A DNA stretch of 64,000 nt from Syntrophorhabdaceae bacterium (GTDB lineage: Bacteria > Desulfobacterota > Syntrophorhabdia > Syntrophorhabdales > Syntrophorhabdaceae): the NCBI GenBank assembly GCA_963665295.1, contig OY762209.1, positions 3,680,001 through 3,744,000 on the forward strand. The letters are read 5' to 3'. Below are positions 1-11,735 of the stretch, one piece after another. Within the stretch, counting starts at the first letter, position 1, and every line of letters begins with the position of its first letter. Position numbers and translations under genes: made by a program. The notes beneath the pieces are model-generated. The model was given only the letters and a program-made list of their open reading frames with translations, searched no databases and was not told the DNA's origin.

Positions 1-1
1 C

Positions 2-1507
2 GTGGCCATAAACGGTCATGAGTCACCGGAGGTCGAAGCGGAGGCCTTGAAGCAAGTGTCAGCAGCCGACGTGAATCGGGTGGCGAGGAAGTACCTGGAC
101 CTGGATCATGCCGTCACAAACATTCTTACGCCTGAACCTTCGGGGAAGCCCGCCGTGTCCGCCGTGTCGCGGACCAGGGGATCTGCCGAGTCTTTGGTGG
201 TGGAGGAAGGCCGGGCTGTGGCGCTTCCCGGGTGGGCGTCAAAGGCCCTGGGCAAGCTCACCGTTCCGCCTTTCGTAGTAAGGCCGACCATAATGACTCT
301 CCCTAACGGACTCAGGCTTGTCGTGCAGAGGGTTGCGGTGAGCAATACGGTGAGCCTTTACGGCCATATCAGAAACCGCCCGGAAATGGAGACTCCACCC
401 GGAAAGGAAGGAGTCGATCAGGCGCTGAACCAACTCTTTCCGTACGGCAGCGTTACCCTCGACCGCCTAAAGTTTCAAAAGGCCCTTGATGACATCGGCG
501 CCAGGGAGTCGGCGGGTGTGGACTTTACTCTGCAGGTCCTGGACGGACATTTTGAGGAGGGGGTTAGGCTTCTGGCGGAAAACCAACTCAGCCCCGCCCT
601 TCCTGAAGAGGGTTTCAGGACGGTAAAGAAACAACTCGTCGATGCAATTGCAGGGAAACTCCAGAGTCCCGATCATCTCGCGAGGCACTCCTTAAGGACT
701 GCCCTATTTCCCCCGGACGATCCGGCGCTACGCAGACCCACTATCGAGTCCGTCTCGTCCCTTACTCTGCAGGATGTGAGGGATTATTACAAAAAGGTTT
801 TCCGTCCGGACTTGACCGCTGTCGTGATTGTGGGAAAGATCACTCCCGCGAAGGCCCGTAGTGTAATGGAGAAATATTTCGGGTCATGGAAGGCGGTGGG
901 CACCAAGCCGGAGTTGTTGCTTCCTCCGGTGCCCGCAAGCAAGCCCTCTTGCACCTTTGTCCCGGACGCGACCAGGGTCCAGGAGGAGGTGACCCTTGCC
1001 GAGACGATTGGGGCTCCACGTTCTTATCCTGATTTCTATGCCCTGAACCTTGGAAATCGCGTTCTGGGAGGTTCCACGTGCACGACCAGGTTGTACCGGG
1101 ATTTACGTGAAGAATCAGGGCTCGTCTACTATGTCTCTTCTTCCCTGAGGATACGGAAGACACGCTCAACCTACCAGGTGAGGTACGGCTGCAGCACCCC
1201 GGATGTTGCAAAGGTACGGTCTATCGTGGAGCGTAATCTTATCGCCATGCAGACTTCTCCGGTGAGTGAGGGGGAGCTTGCACGGGCGAAGGCCCTGCTG
1301 CTCAGGCAGATGTCGCTGGCGGAATCGAGTGTTGACGGAATTGCGGCGGGTCTAGCCTACCGGGCCGCCCACGACCCTCCCCTCGAAGACCCGGCGGAGG
1401 CGGCACGGCGTTACGTGAAGCTCACGCCCGAGCACGTTCGGAACGCCTTTGCCAGATGGATCAGACCTGCCGATCTGGCGGAAATAGACAAGGGCCCCCT
1501 TAAATAG
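2..1507 (+). CDS. M16 family (insulinase/pitrilysin-like) zinc peptidase, C-terminal part, truncated by window start
   Basis: TLPNGLRLVV, L.DVRDYY..FRPD..VIVG and RLYRDLREESGLVY motifs typical of M16 domains. Confidence 0.85.
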   Translation: MAINGHESPEVEAEALKQVSAADVNRVARKYLDLDHAVTNILTPEPSGKPAVSAVSRTRGSAESLVVEEGRAVALPGWASKALGKLTVPPFVVRPTIMTLPNGLRLVVQRVAVSNTVSLYGHIRNRPEMETPPGKEGVDQALNQLFPYGSVTLDRLKFQKALDDIGARESAGVDFTLQVLDGHFEEGVRLLAENQLSPALPEEGFRTVKKQLVDAIAGKLQSPDHLARHSLRTALFPPDDPALRRPTIESVSSLTLQDVRDYYKKVFRPDLTAVVIVGKITPAKARSVMEKYFGSWKAVGTKPELLLPPVPASKPSCTFVPDATRVQEEVTLAETIGAPRSYPDFYALNLGNRVLGGSTCTTRLYRDLREESGLVYYVSSSLRIRKTRSTYQVRYGCSTPDVAKVRSIVERNLIAMQTSPVSEGELARAKALLLRQMSLAESSVDGIAAGLAYRAAHDPPLEDPAEAARRYVKLTPEHVRNAFARWIRPADLAEIDKGPLK

Positions 1508-1575
1508 CGTGTGTGGCGCAGTGCCCGATTGGCAAGGGCAGGGCGATGGGTGCGAAAGAACCAGAGGGAGGATAT

Positions 1576-2154
1576 ATGGCCCACAAATTCAACCCGGGAA
1601 AGATGTGCAAACTGGATGATCCCGGTCGCATAAAGTTATTGCCGGCCCGGGAGATACTTTTGCGCGCAGGCCTGAAAGGAGGGGACACTTTTCTTGATGT
1701 TGGGGCGGGTACGGGGTATTTCGCCTTTCCTGCGTCCGAAATTGTGGGAAGCGATGGGAAGGTCATAGCCGTCGATGTCTCCGGTGAGATGGTGGCGGAA
1801 CTGCAAGCACGGGCGGCGAAAAGGGGCGCCCGAAACATGGAGATCAGAAAGTCCGCGGAATATGATGTTATGGTCGAGCACGGCGTGGTAGACCTGGCGT
1901 TTATGTGCGCGGTCCTCCACGAGATTGATGAAAAAGCACGATTTCTTGCTCGCATCAAAATAACTCTCAAACCGGCGGGCAGACTTTGCATTGTCGAGTG
2001 GGTGAAAAGGGTCATGGATATGGGGCCACCCGTGGGTGAACGGCTTGAAATGACGGAGACCGAAGAGTTGCTGGGTACGGTTGGGTTGAAGGTGGTCGGC
2101 AGAGATAGGTTGAATGATTTTTTCTATTCTGTGAGCGGTGCAAGATCTGAATAA
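1576..2154 (+). CDS. class I SAM-dependent methyltransferase
   Basis: FLDVGAGTG motif I, VIAVDVS, VLHE; GGAGG SD before ATG 1576. Confidence 0.85.
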   Translation: MAHKFNPGKMCKLDDPGRIKLLPAREILLRAGLKGGDTFLDVGAGTGYFAFPASEIVGSDGKVIAVDVSGEMVAELQARAAKRGARNMEIRKSAEYDVMVEHGVVDLAFMCAVLHEIDEKARFLARIKITLKPAGRLCIVEWVKRVMDMGPPVGERLEMTETEELLGTVGLKVVGRDRLNDFFYSVSGARSE

Positions 2155-2184
2155 AGATATCGATTCGAAACCTCGCGATTTGTC

Positions 2185-2220
2185 TTGACAGACGAAACCA
2201 TAATAGTTAGCATACTAACA
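2185..2220 (+). promoter_or_regulatory. sigma70 promoter of marR with overlapping palindromic operator
   Basis: TTGACA(2185)-N17-TAGCAT; ATAGTTAGCATACTAACA at 2203-2220; ATG at 2222 implies a leaderless mRNA. Confidence 0.6.
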
Positions 2221-2221
2221 T

Positions 2222-2668
2222 ATGGACGGCAAGAACATACCGCGTCTGGATCCCCATGAGAGCCTGGGGTTTCATTGCGGCCTCACATTTAAGGCCTTTA
2301 TGAGTTCTGTGGAGGGAAGGCTGAAGGGCACGGGGGTAAGCCCTGCCCAGTTCCTCGCCCTCGCTCATCTTGTTGCACTGGGCCCGTTGTCCCAGTCGGA
2401 GTTGGTGGACCGGCTCTCCATAACAAAAGCTACCGGGGTACGACTCATCGACCGGATGGAACGCGACGGATGGGTGATGCGGCAGGCCGATGCAACGGAC
2501 GGACGGGTGAAACGGGTGGTACCCACGCGGAAGGCCATGGAAATATGGGAAAAGGTTTCACAGGCGGGACGCGAAGTTCTGGACCAGGCGTACCGGGGAG
2601 TCCATCCGTCGGAGATTGAGACCGTGAAGAGGATACTCGAGCGGGTGAGAAGAAATCTTAAGGCGTAA
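2222..2668 (+). CDS. MarR family transcriptional regulator
   Basis: LSQSELVDRLSITKAT..RLIDRMERDGWV.R..D..DGR winged-HTH signature. Confidence 0.9.
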   Translation: MDGKNIPRLDPHESLGFHCGLTFKAFMSSVEGRLKGTGVSPAQFLALAHLVALGPLSQSELVDRLSITKATGVRLIDRMERDGWVMRQADATDGRVKRVVPTRKAMEIWEKVSQAGREVLDQAYRGVHPSEIETVKRILERVRRNLKA

Positions 2669-2682
2669 TTCTTTTTGGCACC

Positions 2683-2702
2683 ATAGTTAGCATACGAACT
2701 AT
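2683..2702 (+). promoter_or_regulatory. second MarR-type operator upstream of the TauE gene
   Basis: ATAGTTAGCATACGAACTAT, near-identical to the 2203-2220 site. Confidence 0.6.
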
Positions 2703-2727
2703 AGGCAGACCTGAAAGGAGGTACACT

Positions 2728-3565
2728 ATGGGACTTAGCGGTTATAATGTCATGCAGTTCGTTGTAGTCGGTATCGGCGGAGGTATCATGGGCGGATTCT
2801 TCGGCGTAGGGGCGGCCATAATCATGGTGCCTCTGCTTATCTATTGGGTCTTTCCTGCCATGAACGTGCCGGCGGACACTATCGTGCATTTGGCCTTTGG
2901 GACGAGCCTCGCCATCGTCATCCCCACCGCCCTCTCAAGCTCTCTCGCCCATTCAAAAGCAGGGAACGTGACCTTGGCGGGTAGTATTCCACTTAGTCGT
3001 CACAGGATTGGCCGCCTCGTACCTGGGCTCCATGCTTGCGGCAAAATTAAGCGGCCCGCTCCTGAAGTGTCTCTTTGCCCTCCTCTTGACCGGGATCGCT
3101 CTTCAAATGTTATTGCGGAAGAAGGGGCCGGAAGCTACAGGCGGACCCATCACCCGGGAAGTCACGCGGACTCTGGTGGTGGGAGTCCTTGTGGGTTTCT
3201 TTTCAGGTTTTTTCGGGGTCGGAGGAGGAGTGGTGGCTATACCCCTCACGGTCAGATATCTGGGAATTCCCATCCATCGATCGGTGGGGATATCCATTTC
3301 CTTCGTGTTTTTCGCCGCTCTTGCGGGAACAGCGGGATATATCTCCCAGGGCGTGGGAAGAGGCGGTCTTCCGCCTTATTCGCTCGGGTATGTATATATC
3401 TGGGGATGGATTTTTGCAGGGGTTCCGAGCATCTTCCTTGCCAGATGGGGCGCCCTGTGGGCGCGCAATACGAAGCCGGAGCACCTGGAGAAGGCCTTCG
3501 CCCTTTTACTTGCGGTGGTGGGTTTGAGGATGTTGTGGGATACGATCAGAGTTTTGTTCTCGTAG
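2728..3565 (+). pseudogene. TauE/SafE (TSUP) family transporter split by a frameshift near 2974
   Basis: N-half GGFFGVGAAIIMVP..AFGTSLA in one frame, C-half SGFFGVGGGVVAIP in another; removing one T in GTGACCTTGGCGG joins them (GNVTWRVVFHL). Confidence 0.8.
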
Positions 3566-3714
3566 TTTGGGTAAACGACACGGACAACAGGAGCCCGGGA
3601 AAAAAGGGTTTCGCTTATGGGCGTCCGGCGCCCCTGGAACAAGAGAAAGGCGACGCATATTGGGAAGATGGGGATGGCTCCGACCGGCAGCCCTAAAAAA
3701 CCCGTCCCATGAGG

Positions 3715-6700
3715 TCAAACCGCGGTCATATCCGCCGTAGTGTCATTTGCGCGTCTCTTCAGCAGATAGTAAAGGACCGGTACCATAGTCCTCGAAAGGA
3801 ATGTGGCCGCCACTTCCCCTGCCATGAGGGCAATAGCCATGCCTTGAAAGATGGGATCGAAGAGGATGACCGACGAGCCCACGACCACTGCTGCGGCAGT
3901 GAGAAGCATGGGCCTGAACCGGATGATGCCTGCCTGGACAACCGCTTCTTCGAGAGGAATCCCGTCGGCGATCTTGAGATCTATGAAATCAACGAGGATT
4001 ATGGAGTTCCGTACCACGATACCGGCTCCGGCGATGAACCCAATCATGGATGTGGCAGTGAAGAAGGCCCCCATAAGGGCATGTCCGGGGAGTATTCCGA
4101 TCAAGGACAGAGGGATAGGGGCCATGATGACAAGCGGTACGGTGAAAGACTTGAACCATCCGACCACCATGACATAGATGAGGATCAATACGGCTGCGAA
4201 GGCGATACCCAGGTCTCTGAAGACCTCATAGGTGATGTGCCATTCTCCGTCCCATTTAAGGGCGTACCTGTCTTCCAGCGACGGCTGCATTGATGTGTAC
4301 TGCCTCATTTCGTAGCCCTCAGGGAGTTTGTAATCCTTCAGGATCCGTCCCATCTTCAGTATAGGATAGACCGGACTTTCCTCTCTCCCTGCCACATCCC
4401 CGATCACGTATACCACCCGTTTCAAATTCTTCCGGTAAATGGTCTTGTCCTCTACGCCTTCCCGCAATTCAACCAGATTGCCGAGAGCGACCTGCCGGCC
4501 CGAGGTCCCTGTTATTGCGATCTCTTTCAGTCTTTCCAAACCCGCGCGGTCGACGAGAGGCGCCCGCATAAATAGTTCGGGAGGCTCCCGGTCCTTGTCG
4601 GTGTGGATAAGGCCCGCAACCGTTCCGTCAAGCACCGTTCGGACACTTTCAGCGACGAGAGCCGCGTTGATACCGTTCATGGCGGCTTTTTCTCTATCTA
4701 CGCGGAAGGTAAATTTTTTCTGGTCGCCTTCGACATACCAGTCCACGTCTACCACATCTTTAGTTTTTGAGAAGACATCCCGAATGTGGCGGGCTATTTC
4801 TCTCTGTCTGTCAAAGTCGGGACCGTATATTTCTGCCACCAGGGTGCTGAGTACAGGGGGACCGGGTGGTATTTCCACTACCTTGGTTCTGCCGCCGTAC
4901 TTGTCCCCCATGGCCTTTATGTGCGGCCTGATTCTTTTTGCGATATCGTGACTCTGGGCCTTTCTCTCATCCTTTCCCACGAAGTTTACCTGTATGTCGG
5001 CAACGTTACTCCCTGACCGAAGGAAATAGTGCCTCACCAGGCCGTTGAAGTTGAAGGGGGCGGATGTCCCTACGTAGGACTGGAAGTTGGTCACCTCCGG
5101 AACGCTCTTCAGGAAACCGGCGATCTCCCCGGTGAGGGCCGCAGTCTCTTCAAGGGTTGTACCTTCCGGCATGTCGATGACCACCTGAAGCTCACTTTTG
5201 TTGTCGAAAGGGAGCATCTTGACCCGGGTCAGCTTCAATGGGATGAGAGCGAAGGCCATCACCAGCAGCCCGGCTACAATGAGGAAGAATAGGGTTCTCT
5301 TCTTTCTGTTTTCCAGGAGCCCCCGAAGATTGTTCTCATAAATCCTGTTGAGTCGGCCGAGTATGCCCCTTTCCTTTTCTTCCTCGCGGGAACTTTTGTG
5401 TGTATTTCTGAGGACGATAAAGCTCAACCATGGGCTGATGATAAAGGCGATGAGAAGTGAGATGACCATGGCTGCCGATGCGCCCATGGGGATGGGACGC
5501 ATGTAGGGACCCATGAGACCGGACACAAACGCCATGGGGAGGAGTGCGGCTATTACTGCGAAAGTGGCGAGGATCGTGGGCTGGCCCACCTCTTCTACGG
5601 CGGCGACGGCAGTCGCGTAGTCTACTTTGCCCATCTTGAAGTGACGGTGAATGTTTTCGACTACTACGATGGCGTCATCAACGAGGATACCGATGGAAAA
5701 TATGAGAGCAAAGAGGGTAACCCTGTTCAGGGTATAGCCGTAGAGATATGTGACGAGTATTGTGAGGGCGAGGGTGACGGGAACCGCGACGGCAACAACA
5801 ATGGATTCTCTCCATCCGAGGGCGAGGGCGATGAGGAAGGTCACCGAGAGAGCTGCGATGAACATGTGTTTCAGGAGTTCGTCTGATTTTTCCTTTGCCG
5901 TATCTCCGTAATTCCTGGTCGTCGTGATCTCGATCTCCGACGGTATGGTGTTGCCCTTCAATTTCTCAATGGTCTTACGGCTTCTTTCCGAGATGAGGGT
6001 GGCGTTGGCCCCTTTCTTCTTCGCTATCGAGATCGTCACCGCCTCATTGGCCTCTTGGCCTGAAGAAGGAGACGCGGGGCCGAAACCCATAAACACATAG
6101 CTTGAGGGTTCCTCGGGCCCGTCCGTCAACTCCGCAATATTGCGAAGGTAGACGGGTTTCCCGCCGGAAACGGCGATAACCGTGTTCCCTGCATCGTCCG
6201 CATCCTTTATAAAGTAGCCCGCATCTACAAGGAATTCTCTATTACGGTCGGGAAACTTGCCTGCCGATCCCAGGGTGTTTGCCTTTTGGAGAACGCTCGT
6301 GATTTGAAGGGGAGAAACATTGTATGCCTTGAGACGGAGGGGGTCGATGCGTATTCCTACCTGCCTTCTTTGGCCGCCGGTTATGGTGAATTCCGACACA
6401 TCGGGATCCTTCTTCAGAACGTCACATACCTCGAGTGCCACCTTCCTTAGTTCGTAGCCGGTATAACGAGGGCTCCATAAAGTATAGGTGAGGATAGGTA
6501 CATCGTCTATCGATCTTGGCTTGACGAGCGGCCGGGAGACCCCCGGGGGAATTTTGTCGTAATTGGACATGAGCTTGTTGTACAGGTCGACAATGCTTTT
6601 CTCCATGTTTTCGCCGACGCGGAACCGCACAGTGGCTATGCTCAATCCCGGTTTGGACATGGTGTAGAGATAGTCCACGCCCTTTATCTCCCAGAGGAGC

Positions 6701-6915
6701 CTGGACATGGGTTTCGTCGCCCGTTCGTCTACCTCGGAAGCGGATGCGCCGGGGTAGACGACGAAGACATCGATCATGGGCACAGCGATCTGTGGCTCTT
6801 CTTCCCTTGGAGTCACGATTACCGCAAATACCCCGAGTAGGATGGCGGCGATGACCATGAGGGGTGTGAGCTTGGAATCAATGAATGTTCTGGCTATCTT
6901 CCCCGATATTCCCAT
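3715..6915 (-). CDS. RND efflux transporter permease subunit (AcrB/CusA-like)
   Basis: 1066 aa, [23 protein letters not shown], two transmembrane blocks. Confidence 0.95.
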   Translation of the reverse strand: MGISGKIARTFIDSKLTPLMVIAAILLGVFAVIVTPREEEPQIAVPMIDVFVVYPGASASEVDERATKPMSRLLWEIKGVDYLYTMSKPGLSIATVRFRVGENMEKSIVDLYNKLMSNYDKIPPGVSRPLVKPRSIDDVPILTYTLWSPRYTGYELRKVALEVCDVLKKDPDVSEFTITGGQRRQVGIRIDPLRLKAYNVSPLQITSVLQKANTLGSAGKFPDRNREFLVDAGYFIKDADDAGNTVIAVSGGKPVYLRNIAELTDGPEEPSSYVFMGFGPASPSSGQEANEAVTISIAKKKGANATLISERSRKTIEKLKGNTIPSEIEITTTRNYGDTAKEKSDELLKHMFIAALSVTFLIALALGWRESIVVAVAVPVTLALTILVTYLYGYTLNRVTLFALIFSIGILVDDAIVVVENIHRHFKMGKVDYATAVAAVEEVGQPTILATFAVIAALLPMAFVSGLMGPYMRPIPMGASAAMVISLLIAFIISPWLSFIVLRNTHKSSREEEKERGILGRLNRIYENNLRGLLENRKKRTLFFLIVAGLLVMAFALIPLKLTRVKMLPFDNKSELQVVIDMPEGTTLEETAALTGEIAGFLKSVPEVTNFQSYVGTSAPFNFNGLVRHYFLRSGSNVADIQVNFVGKDERKAQSHDIAKRIRPHIKAMGDKYGGRTKVVEIPPGPPVLSTLVAEIYGPDFDRQREIARHIRDVFSKTKDVVDVDWYVEGDQKKFTFRVDREKAAMNGINAALVAESVRTVLDGTVAGLIHTDKDREPPELFMRAPLVDRAGLERLKEIAITGTSGRQVALGNLVELREGVEDKTIYRKNLKRVVYVIGDVAGREESPVYPILKMGRILKDYKLPEGYEMRQYTSMQPSLEDRYALKWDGEWHITYEVFRDLGIAFAAVLILIYVMVVGWFKSFTVPLVIMAPIPLSLIGILPGHALMGAFFTATSMIGFIAGAGIVVRNSIILVDFIDLKIADGIPLEEAVVQAGIIRFRPMLLTAAAVVVGSSVILFDPIFQGMAIALMAGEVAATFLSRTMVPVLYYLLKRRANDTTADMTAV

Positions 6916-6919
6916 TGGC

Positions 6920-8119
6920 TCAAGAGCGGTCCCTGTCGATCGCGTGTTGTTCCCTTTCCGGCACGGCGCTTCGTTGTTCCCTCACTATGCCGCCGTCCAC
7001 AGCCTTTTCCGTACCGTTGACGATTATCCTGTCACCATCTTTCAGGCCGGACAATACTTCGGTCCCCTTATCAAAGGTTTTGCCCTTTCTGACAAGACGG
7101 TAGGTTGCCACGTCCCGGTCGTCGAGGACATAAACCCCCGAAAGCTGCCCCTTTTCCACCAATGCAGAGGGAGGGACAAGAAGGACTTCTCTTGTTCCGT
7201 CGGGGATGAAGACTTTACCATAGAGGCCGCTTCTCAGATGTGTTCCCTTAATCTCCGCTTCGATAGCAAAAGTTCGGGTCACGGGGTCAACCGCAGGAAC
7301 CACTTTTACTACGGTGCCCGTAACCGTTTCCCGGCGTGCGTCGAGATAGACCTTGAGCGGCGTACCCAACCTCAGTCTTCCTGAGAGCCTTTCATCGACG
7401 GAAGCCCGTATTTTGTAGCGGGAGGTATCTTCAATCGTGATGACCGGGGTACCCGGGACTGCCATGCTGCCCTGTTCGACCTTTCTTTCGGTGACCAACC
7501 CGGAGAAAGGCGCGCGAATCCGGGTATAACTGAAGTGAACGCGCGATTCTTCCAGAAGGGCCTTCGCACGCTCTGAAGCGAGTGAGGCCCTTTCGAACTC
7601 CAGGCTCGCTACGTTCCGCCCGGTTTCTATCTGATCGAACTCCTGACGGGACACGACCTTTTCGCTATACAGATTGCCGTACCTGCGGGAGGTGATATCG
7701 GCAAGACTCGATTGTTTTTCCGCGGCTTCCCTGGCCTTCAAAGCCTCACTGTAGCCGGCCTCTGCTGCATTAAGCCTGTGACGGGCATCCCTGTCGTCTA
7801 TGCTGAGGAGGGTATCTCCGATGCGCGCCACATCGCCTTCCTTTACGTAGACCATGGTGATCGTTCCGAATACCCTGCTTGCAAGGGTACTAGTTGTTTT
7901 CGCGCTTACCGTTCCCGAGGTTTCATAGAGGGAATCAATTGTGGAGGTCACGACTTTTGCGACGGTGACGCCCCTGATTTCGTGTCTCTTAACCTCAGCC
8001 TGCCCTGGTTTTATCTTTTCTTTGCAGCCAGAAAGAGACGCGGCAACAATGGATACCATGACCGCCACAGACAGTATTTTCGTGAGTCGATGTTTCAAGT
8101 TGCCTCTTTGCCGGTTCAT
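6920..8119 (-). CDS. RND efflux periplasmic adaptor (membrane fusion protein)
   Basis: lipobox [27 protein letters not shown]; between RND and TolC genes. Confidence 0.9.
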   Translation of the reverse strand: MNRQRGNLKHRLTKILSVAVMVSIVAASLSGCKEKIKPGQAEVKRHEIRGVTVAKVVTSTIDSLYETSGTVSAKTTSTLASRVFGTITMVYVKEGDVARIGDTLLSIDDRDARHRLNAAEAGYSEALKAREAAEKQSSLADITSRRYGNLYSEKVVSRQEFDQIETGRNVASLEFERASLASERAKALLEESRVHFSYTRIRAPFSGLVTERKVEQGSMAVPGTPVITIEDTSRYKIRASVDERLSGRLRLGTPLKVYLDARRETVTGTVVKVVPAVDPVTRTFAIEAEIKGTHLRSGLYGKVFIPDGTREVLLVPPSALVEKGQLSGVYVLDDRDVATYRLVRKGKTFDKGTEVLSGLKDGDRIIVNGTEKAVDGGIVREQRSAVPEREQHAIDRDRS

Positions 8120-8135
8120 GCTTTTTTTGCTCCTT

Positions 8136-9488
8136 CTATTCGATTCCCAAATCTTTGAGAATGGTCCCGCTTTCGTAACCCAAGGTGATGACGGCAAGAC
8201 TGAATTCATTCTGCCGGGCTGCCACATCCGCTCTGGCGCGATTCACGTGAAGTTGAACGTCAAGAAGGTCGACGATAGGTGAGAGCGAATTTTCATACCG
8301 TTGCTGCACAAGCCTCTTGCCTTCTTCGGCGGACACGAGGGCGCTTCCGGCAAACTCTTCATTTTTTCGCGCCTCATCGACGCCCAGGTATGCCTCTTCA
8401 ACCCTGAAGGATATAAGGTGGGTGAGATTCTTGAGATGTTCCTTTGTCTCTGCCGCTTCATGGTGGGCTTTCTTTCTTTCCGACTCCCTGAGCAGTCCGT
8501 CAAAAAGGTTCCATTTGAAGAAGGCCACGAAGAGCCAACTCTCGCCTTCCGAGCCCAGGAGCCGGGTATGGTCATTAAACTGATAGGAGCCACCCACACC
8601 GATTGACGGGAGATAGAGAGACTCGGCCCGCTTGACGTTTACCATGGCGCTGTCATGGCGCACCTTCATGGCCTTTGCATCTTTGCGCGAGAGGGATGCA
8701 TCGGTGTAATAGGTGAGGTCTTTCAGAGTAAAGTCAAGGCGTTCATCCTCCGGGCCGATGGTATCCTGCGTCCCCAGGACATAGGCGAACCATCGCTTCG
8801 ATACGGTGAGATCTTTCTTAAAACTCACCTGCTTCTGTTGCGCCTCGGTGAGCGATGTCCTGGCCCTTAGGACGTCGGAATAGAGACCGAGGCCGTTTCT
8901 GTATCTCGATTCCGCAATTCTCACGTGTTCTCCGGCATCTTCCACAGCCTTGCCGGCCACCCCTTCATAGGCCCTTGCGGTATGTACCTTGAGGTATGCC
9001 TGTGCCACCTTGAAGGCGATTTCTTCCATTTTTCGTCGCAGCTCTTCGCTTCTGGCCGAATACTGGAGCTTTGCCAGATTGAGGTCCAGATATGAACTCA
9101 TAGTGAAGAGGGGTTGTTCGAAAGAAAACATACTTTGATAATCAGTGATGGGGTCAGGGTTGTTGAGCGAATTAACTGCAAAATCCCCCTGGGTAAACCT
9201 TTGCTGATTGAGCTTCATCATGAATGCGGTGGGCGGGTTGTTGGTACGGGCGGCCCTCTCTTCAAAAGACAATTTTGGCAACAAGTGGCTTCTTGCCACG
9301 CCGATATCCTCTTTCCTGGCTGAGACAGAGTTCCTGAAGGCCTTGATTTCGTAATTACTCTCCAACGCCACCCTGATTGCTTCAGCGAGGGTGATCTTCT
9401 GCTCGGCCGCACCTACCGAGCAGGGAGGCATTACAAGGGATAGGAGCAGTGAACAACAAAGGTAGAAGGCAATTCGTGCCATACCCAT
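8136..9488 (-). CDS. TolC family outer membrane efflux protein
   Basis: signal peptide, ITLAEAIRVALESN, RYRNGLGLYSDVL, RYENSLSPIVDLLD. Confidence 0.9.
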   Translation of the reverse strand: MGMARIAFYLCCSLLLSLVMPPCSVGAAEQKITLAEAIRVALESNYEIKAFRNSVSARKEDIGVARSHLLPKLSFEERAARTNNPPTAFMMKLNQQRFTQGDFAVNSLNNPDPITDYQSMFSFEQPLFTMSSYLDLNLAKLQYSARSEELRRKMEEIAFKVAQAYLKVHTARAYEGVAGKAVEDAGEHVRIAESRYRNGLGLYSDVLRARTSLTEAQQKQVSFKKDLTVSKRWFAYVLGTQDTIGPEDERLDFTLKDLTYYTDASLSRKDAKAMKVRHDSAMVNVKRAESLYLPSIGVGGSYQFNDHTRLLGSEGESWLFVAFFKWNLFDGLLRESERKKAHHEAAETKEHLKNLTHLISFRVEEAYLGVDEARKNEEFAGSALVSAEEGKRLVQQRYENSLSPIVDLLDVQLHVNRARADVAARQNEFSLAVITLGYESGTILKDLGIE

Positions 9489-9699
9489 CCTTCCCCCTAG
9501 ATTGGAGTGGGCACCCGGACTATCGTGCGCGAAGAGGGACTCATTAGGGAAAACGTAATACACATAACCCTGAGGCACAACGGCCTAGTCACGTTTTATT
9601 GTAATCTGTGGAACGGGCACCGGACAAATTGGTTTTGGCAGGGGCAAAATAAATATGAATTCATGGACCAGAAATCTATATTCAGCGTGGTTTTTTCAC

Positions 9700-9731
9700 T
9701 TGACAGTTGGATATAGCTGAATATATATTCA
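9700..9731 (+). promoter_or_regulatory. promoter with palindromic operator TGAATATATATTCA
   Basis: TTGACA 9700-9705; perfect 14-bp palindrome 9718-9731 over the -10 region. Confidence 0.6.
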
Positions 9732-9763
9732 TAATATGATGATAATAGGAATCAAAACGGTCT

Positions 9764-10570
9764 ATGGGGGATTGCATAATGACGCGACCTAACAGTCCGA
9801 GGAGAGTGGGGTTTTTACCGCAAGCCATTTATTTCAAGCCCAAGGGCATCAAGACGGGGAAACTGGAAGAAGTGGTGCTGGGAAATGATGAACTCGAAGC
9901 CATCCGGCTCAAGGACCTGCTCGGTATGTCCCAGGGTGAAGCAGCCCAGGAGATGCACATTTCTCAACCCACCTTTCACCGTCTTGTCCTTACCGCCAGG
10001 CAGAAGATAGCCGACGCTTTCGTGAATGGAAAGGCGGTCCGTATCGAGGGGGGCAATATCAATCTGGAAGAGGACTTTTCCCAGCCGTGTCATTGGAGAA
10101 GAAGATGGGGTTGCAAGGCGAGAACAGCGTATGAGGGTGTGTCGGGTACGAATGCGGATAGGGCCCGGGAAGGGAAGATGACGATAATAGCCGTCACGAG
10201 TACGGACGGTACGCTGGAAGGCATGATAGATGAACGCTTCGGAAGGGCAAGGAAGATCATTATTTATGACAAGGAGAGACAGTCCTTCGATGTGGTAGAC
10301 AACACGATAAATATGAATTCGCCTCAGGGCGCAGGCATCGAGACAGCCCGGAATCTGGCAAGAACCCCTGCTCAGGCAGCGATCAGCGGCCATCTCGGAC
10401 CAAATGCATTTCGCGTCTTACAGGACGCCGGCATCGGAGCCTACAGCGCACCCAATATGACGGTGAGGGACGGACTGGCCGCGCTTGAAAAGGGAGATCT
10501 CGCGAGACTGGTGGAAGCCGATGTCGAGGGGTACTGGGGAAAAGGAGGTAGCGGAAATGCCGCGAGGTGA
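9764..10570 (+). CDS. DUF134 DNA-binding protein fused to a NifB/NifX (FeMo-cofactor-binding) domain
   Basis: YFKPKG..ELEAIRLKDL.G.SQ.EAA.EM.ISQPTF; C-domain IAV....IDERFGRA...GAG...GPNA. Confidence 0.85.
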   Translation: MGDCIMTRPNSPRRVGFLPQAIYFKPKGIKTGKLEEVVLGNDELEAIRLKDLLGMSQGEAAQEMHISQPTFHRLVLTARQKIADAFVNGKAVRIEGGNINLEEDFSQPCHWRRRWGCKARTAYEGVSGTNADRAREGKMTIIAVTSTDGTLEGMIDERFGRARKIIIYDKERQSFDVVDNTINMNSPQGAGIETARNLARTPAQAAISGHLGPNAFRVLQDAGIGAYSAPNMTVRDGLAALEKGDLARLVEADVEGYWGKGGSGNAAR

Positions 10571-10802
10571 TGGAACGGGACCGACGGGAAACGGGTCCCG
10601 TATAGGGCAGGGAGCCCTATGTAAAACGAGTGTCGATGGTGGCCGGAGTGCGGGGCGTGGGGGTTGCGTCCGTGACGGTGAATCTGTGCTTGCGCGGTCC
10701 GGGGTAGGGCTGGTCTGCAGTGAATGCGTGCTTCGTTCGAATGGCAGATGTCCCAGCAGCTTCCCCGCAAATAAGGCACATAACAGGAAACAAGGGGCGT
10801 AA
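10557..10802 (+). CDS. DUF5320-like small protein, possibly degenerate
   Basis: MPRGDGTGP start with AGGAGG SD; remainder atypical. Confidence 0.45.
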   Translation: MPRGDGTGPTGNGSRIGQGALCKTSVDGGRSAGRGGCVRDGESVLARSGVGLVCSECVLRSNGRCPSSFPANKAHNRKQGA

Positions 10803-10886
10803 TCAGGGACGTCGGAGCGTGTTGGCGCCGATTGGAGGGGTTGGTGTCCCATATAAATTCTACCTTAAATATATTCTGGAGGAATT

Positions 10887-11735
10887 ATGAACTGTAATGA
10901 GACAATTGGTGACACAAAGGCGGACGAGGTCCTGAAAGCGAGACTTGACAGGATCGGCAATATATTCATCGTACTTTCGGGAAAGGGCGGGGTCGGGAAG
11001 AGTACCGTCGCCGTGAACCTTGCGCTCAGCCTTTCTTTACGCGGGATGCGGACAGGTATACTTGATGTGGATATCCATGGCCCGAGCGTACCGAAATTGC
11101 TTGGCCTTTCAGGCAGGAAGGTGGGCATTTCCAGCGAGGAGATCGTCCCCCTCGAAGTGTACGGAAATCTCAAGGCCGTTTCTATCGGTTTCTTTCTCGA
11201 TGGTAACGAGCGGCCGGTTATCTGGAGGGGGCCCATGAAGGCGAAGATAATACGGGAGTTGGTCCAGGACGTGGCATGGGGAGACCTGGATTGTCTTGTG
11301 GTGGATTGTCCCCCGGGGACGGGTGACGAACCTCTTACCGTGGCGCAGCTCCTGGCTGCGAAAGGCAGGGCAGTCATTGTGACCACTCCGCAAGAGATTG
11401 CCACCATTGATGTGGAAAAATGCATCACCTTCTGCCGCCAGATGGACCTTCCTGTTGCCGGTATCGTGGAGAACATGAGCGGCTTCGTGTGTCCAGATTG
11501 CGGCAAGGAAGTGAACATCTTCGCATCCGGTGGCGGCATGAGGCTGGCGGAGAGATTTGGAATCCCCTTTCTCGGGAAGATACCCCTTGATCCCGATATA
11601 GTAAAGAGCGGGGACGAGGAACAGCCTTACGTACACTTCTATCCCAAAACGAAGACGGCGGAAAGATTCAGTGAAATTGTGGAGCGGATCATCTCTTCAG
11701 GGGATAGCAAAGAGACTGGGGCGGCCGGCGTTTAA
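10887..11735 (+). CDS. mrp: Mrp/NBP35 (ApbC) family Fe-S carrier ATPase
   Basis: SGKGGVGKST, DVDIHGPS, DCPPGTGD, ENMS..CPDC. Confidence 0.95.
   Translation: MNCNETIGDTKADEVLKARLDRIGNIFIVLSGKGGVGKSTVAVNLALSLSLRGMRTGILDVDIHGPSVPKLLGLSGRKVGISSEEIVPLEVYGNLKAVSIGFFLDGNERPVIWRGPMKAKIIRELVQDVAWGDLDCLVVDCPPGTGDEPLTVAQLLAAKGRAVIVTTPQEIATIDVEKCITFCRQMDLPVAGIVENMSGFVCPDCGKEVNIFASGGGMRLAERFGIPFLGKIPLDPDIVKSGDEEQPYVHFYPKTKTAERFSEIVERIISSGDSKETGAAGV

Noticed and set aside
2975..3696. C-terminal part of tracked ORF 2728-3696
   Set aside because: Out-of-frame read-through after the TauE frameshift.
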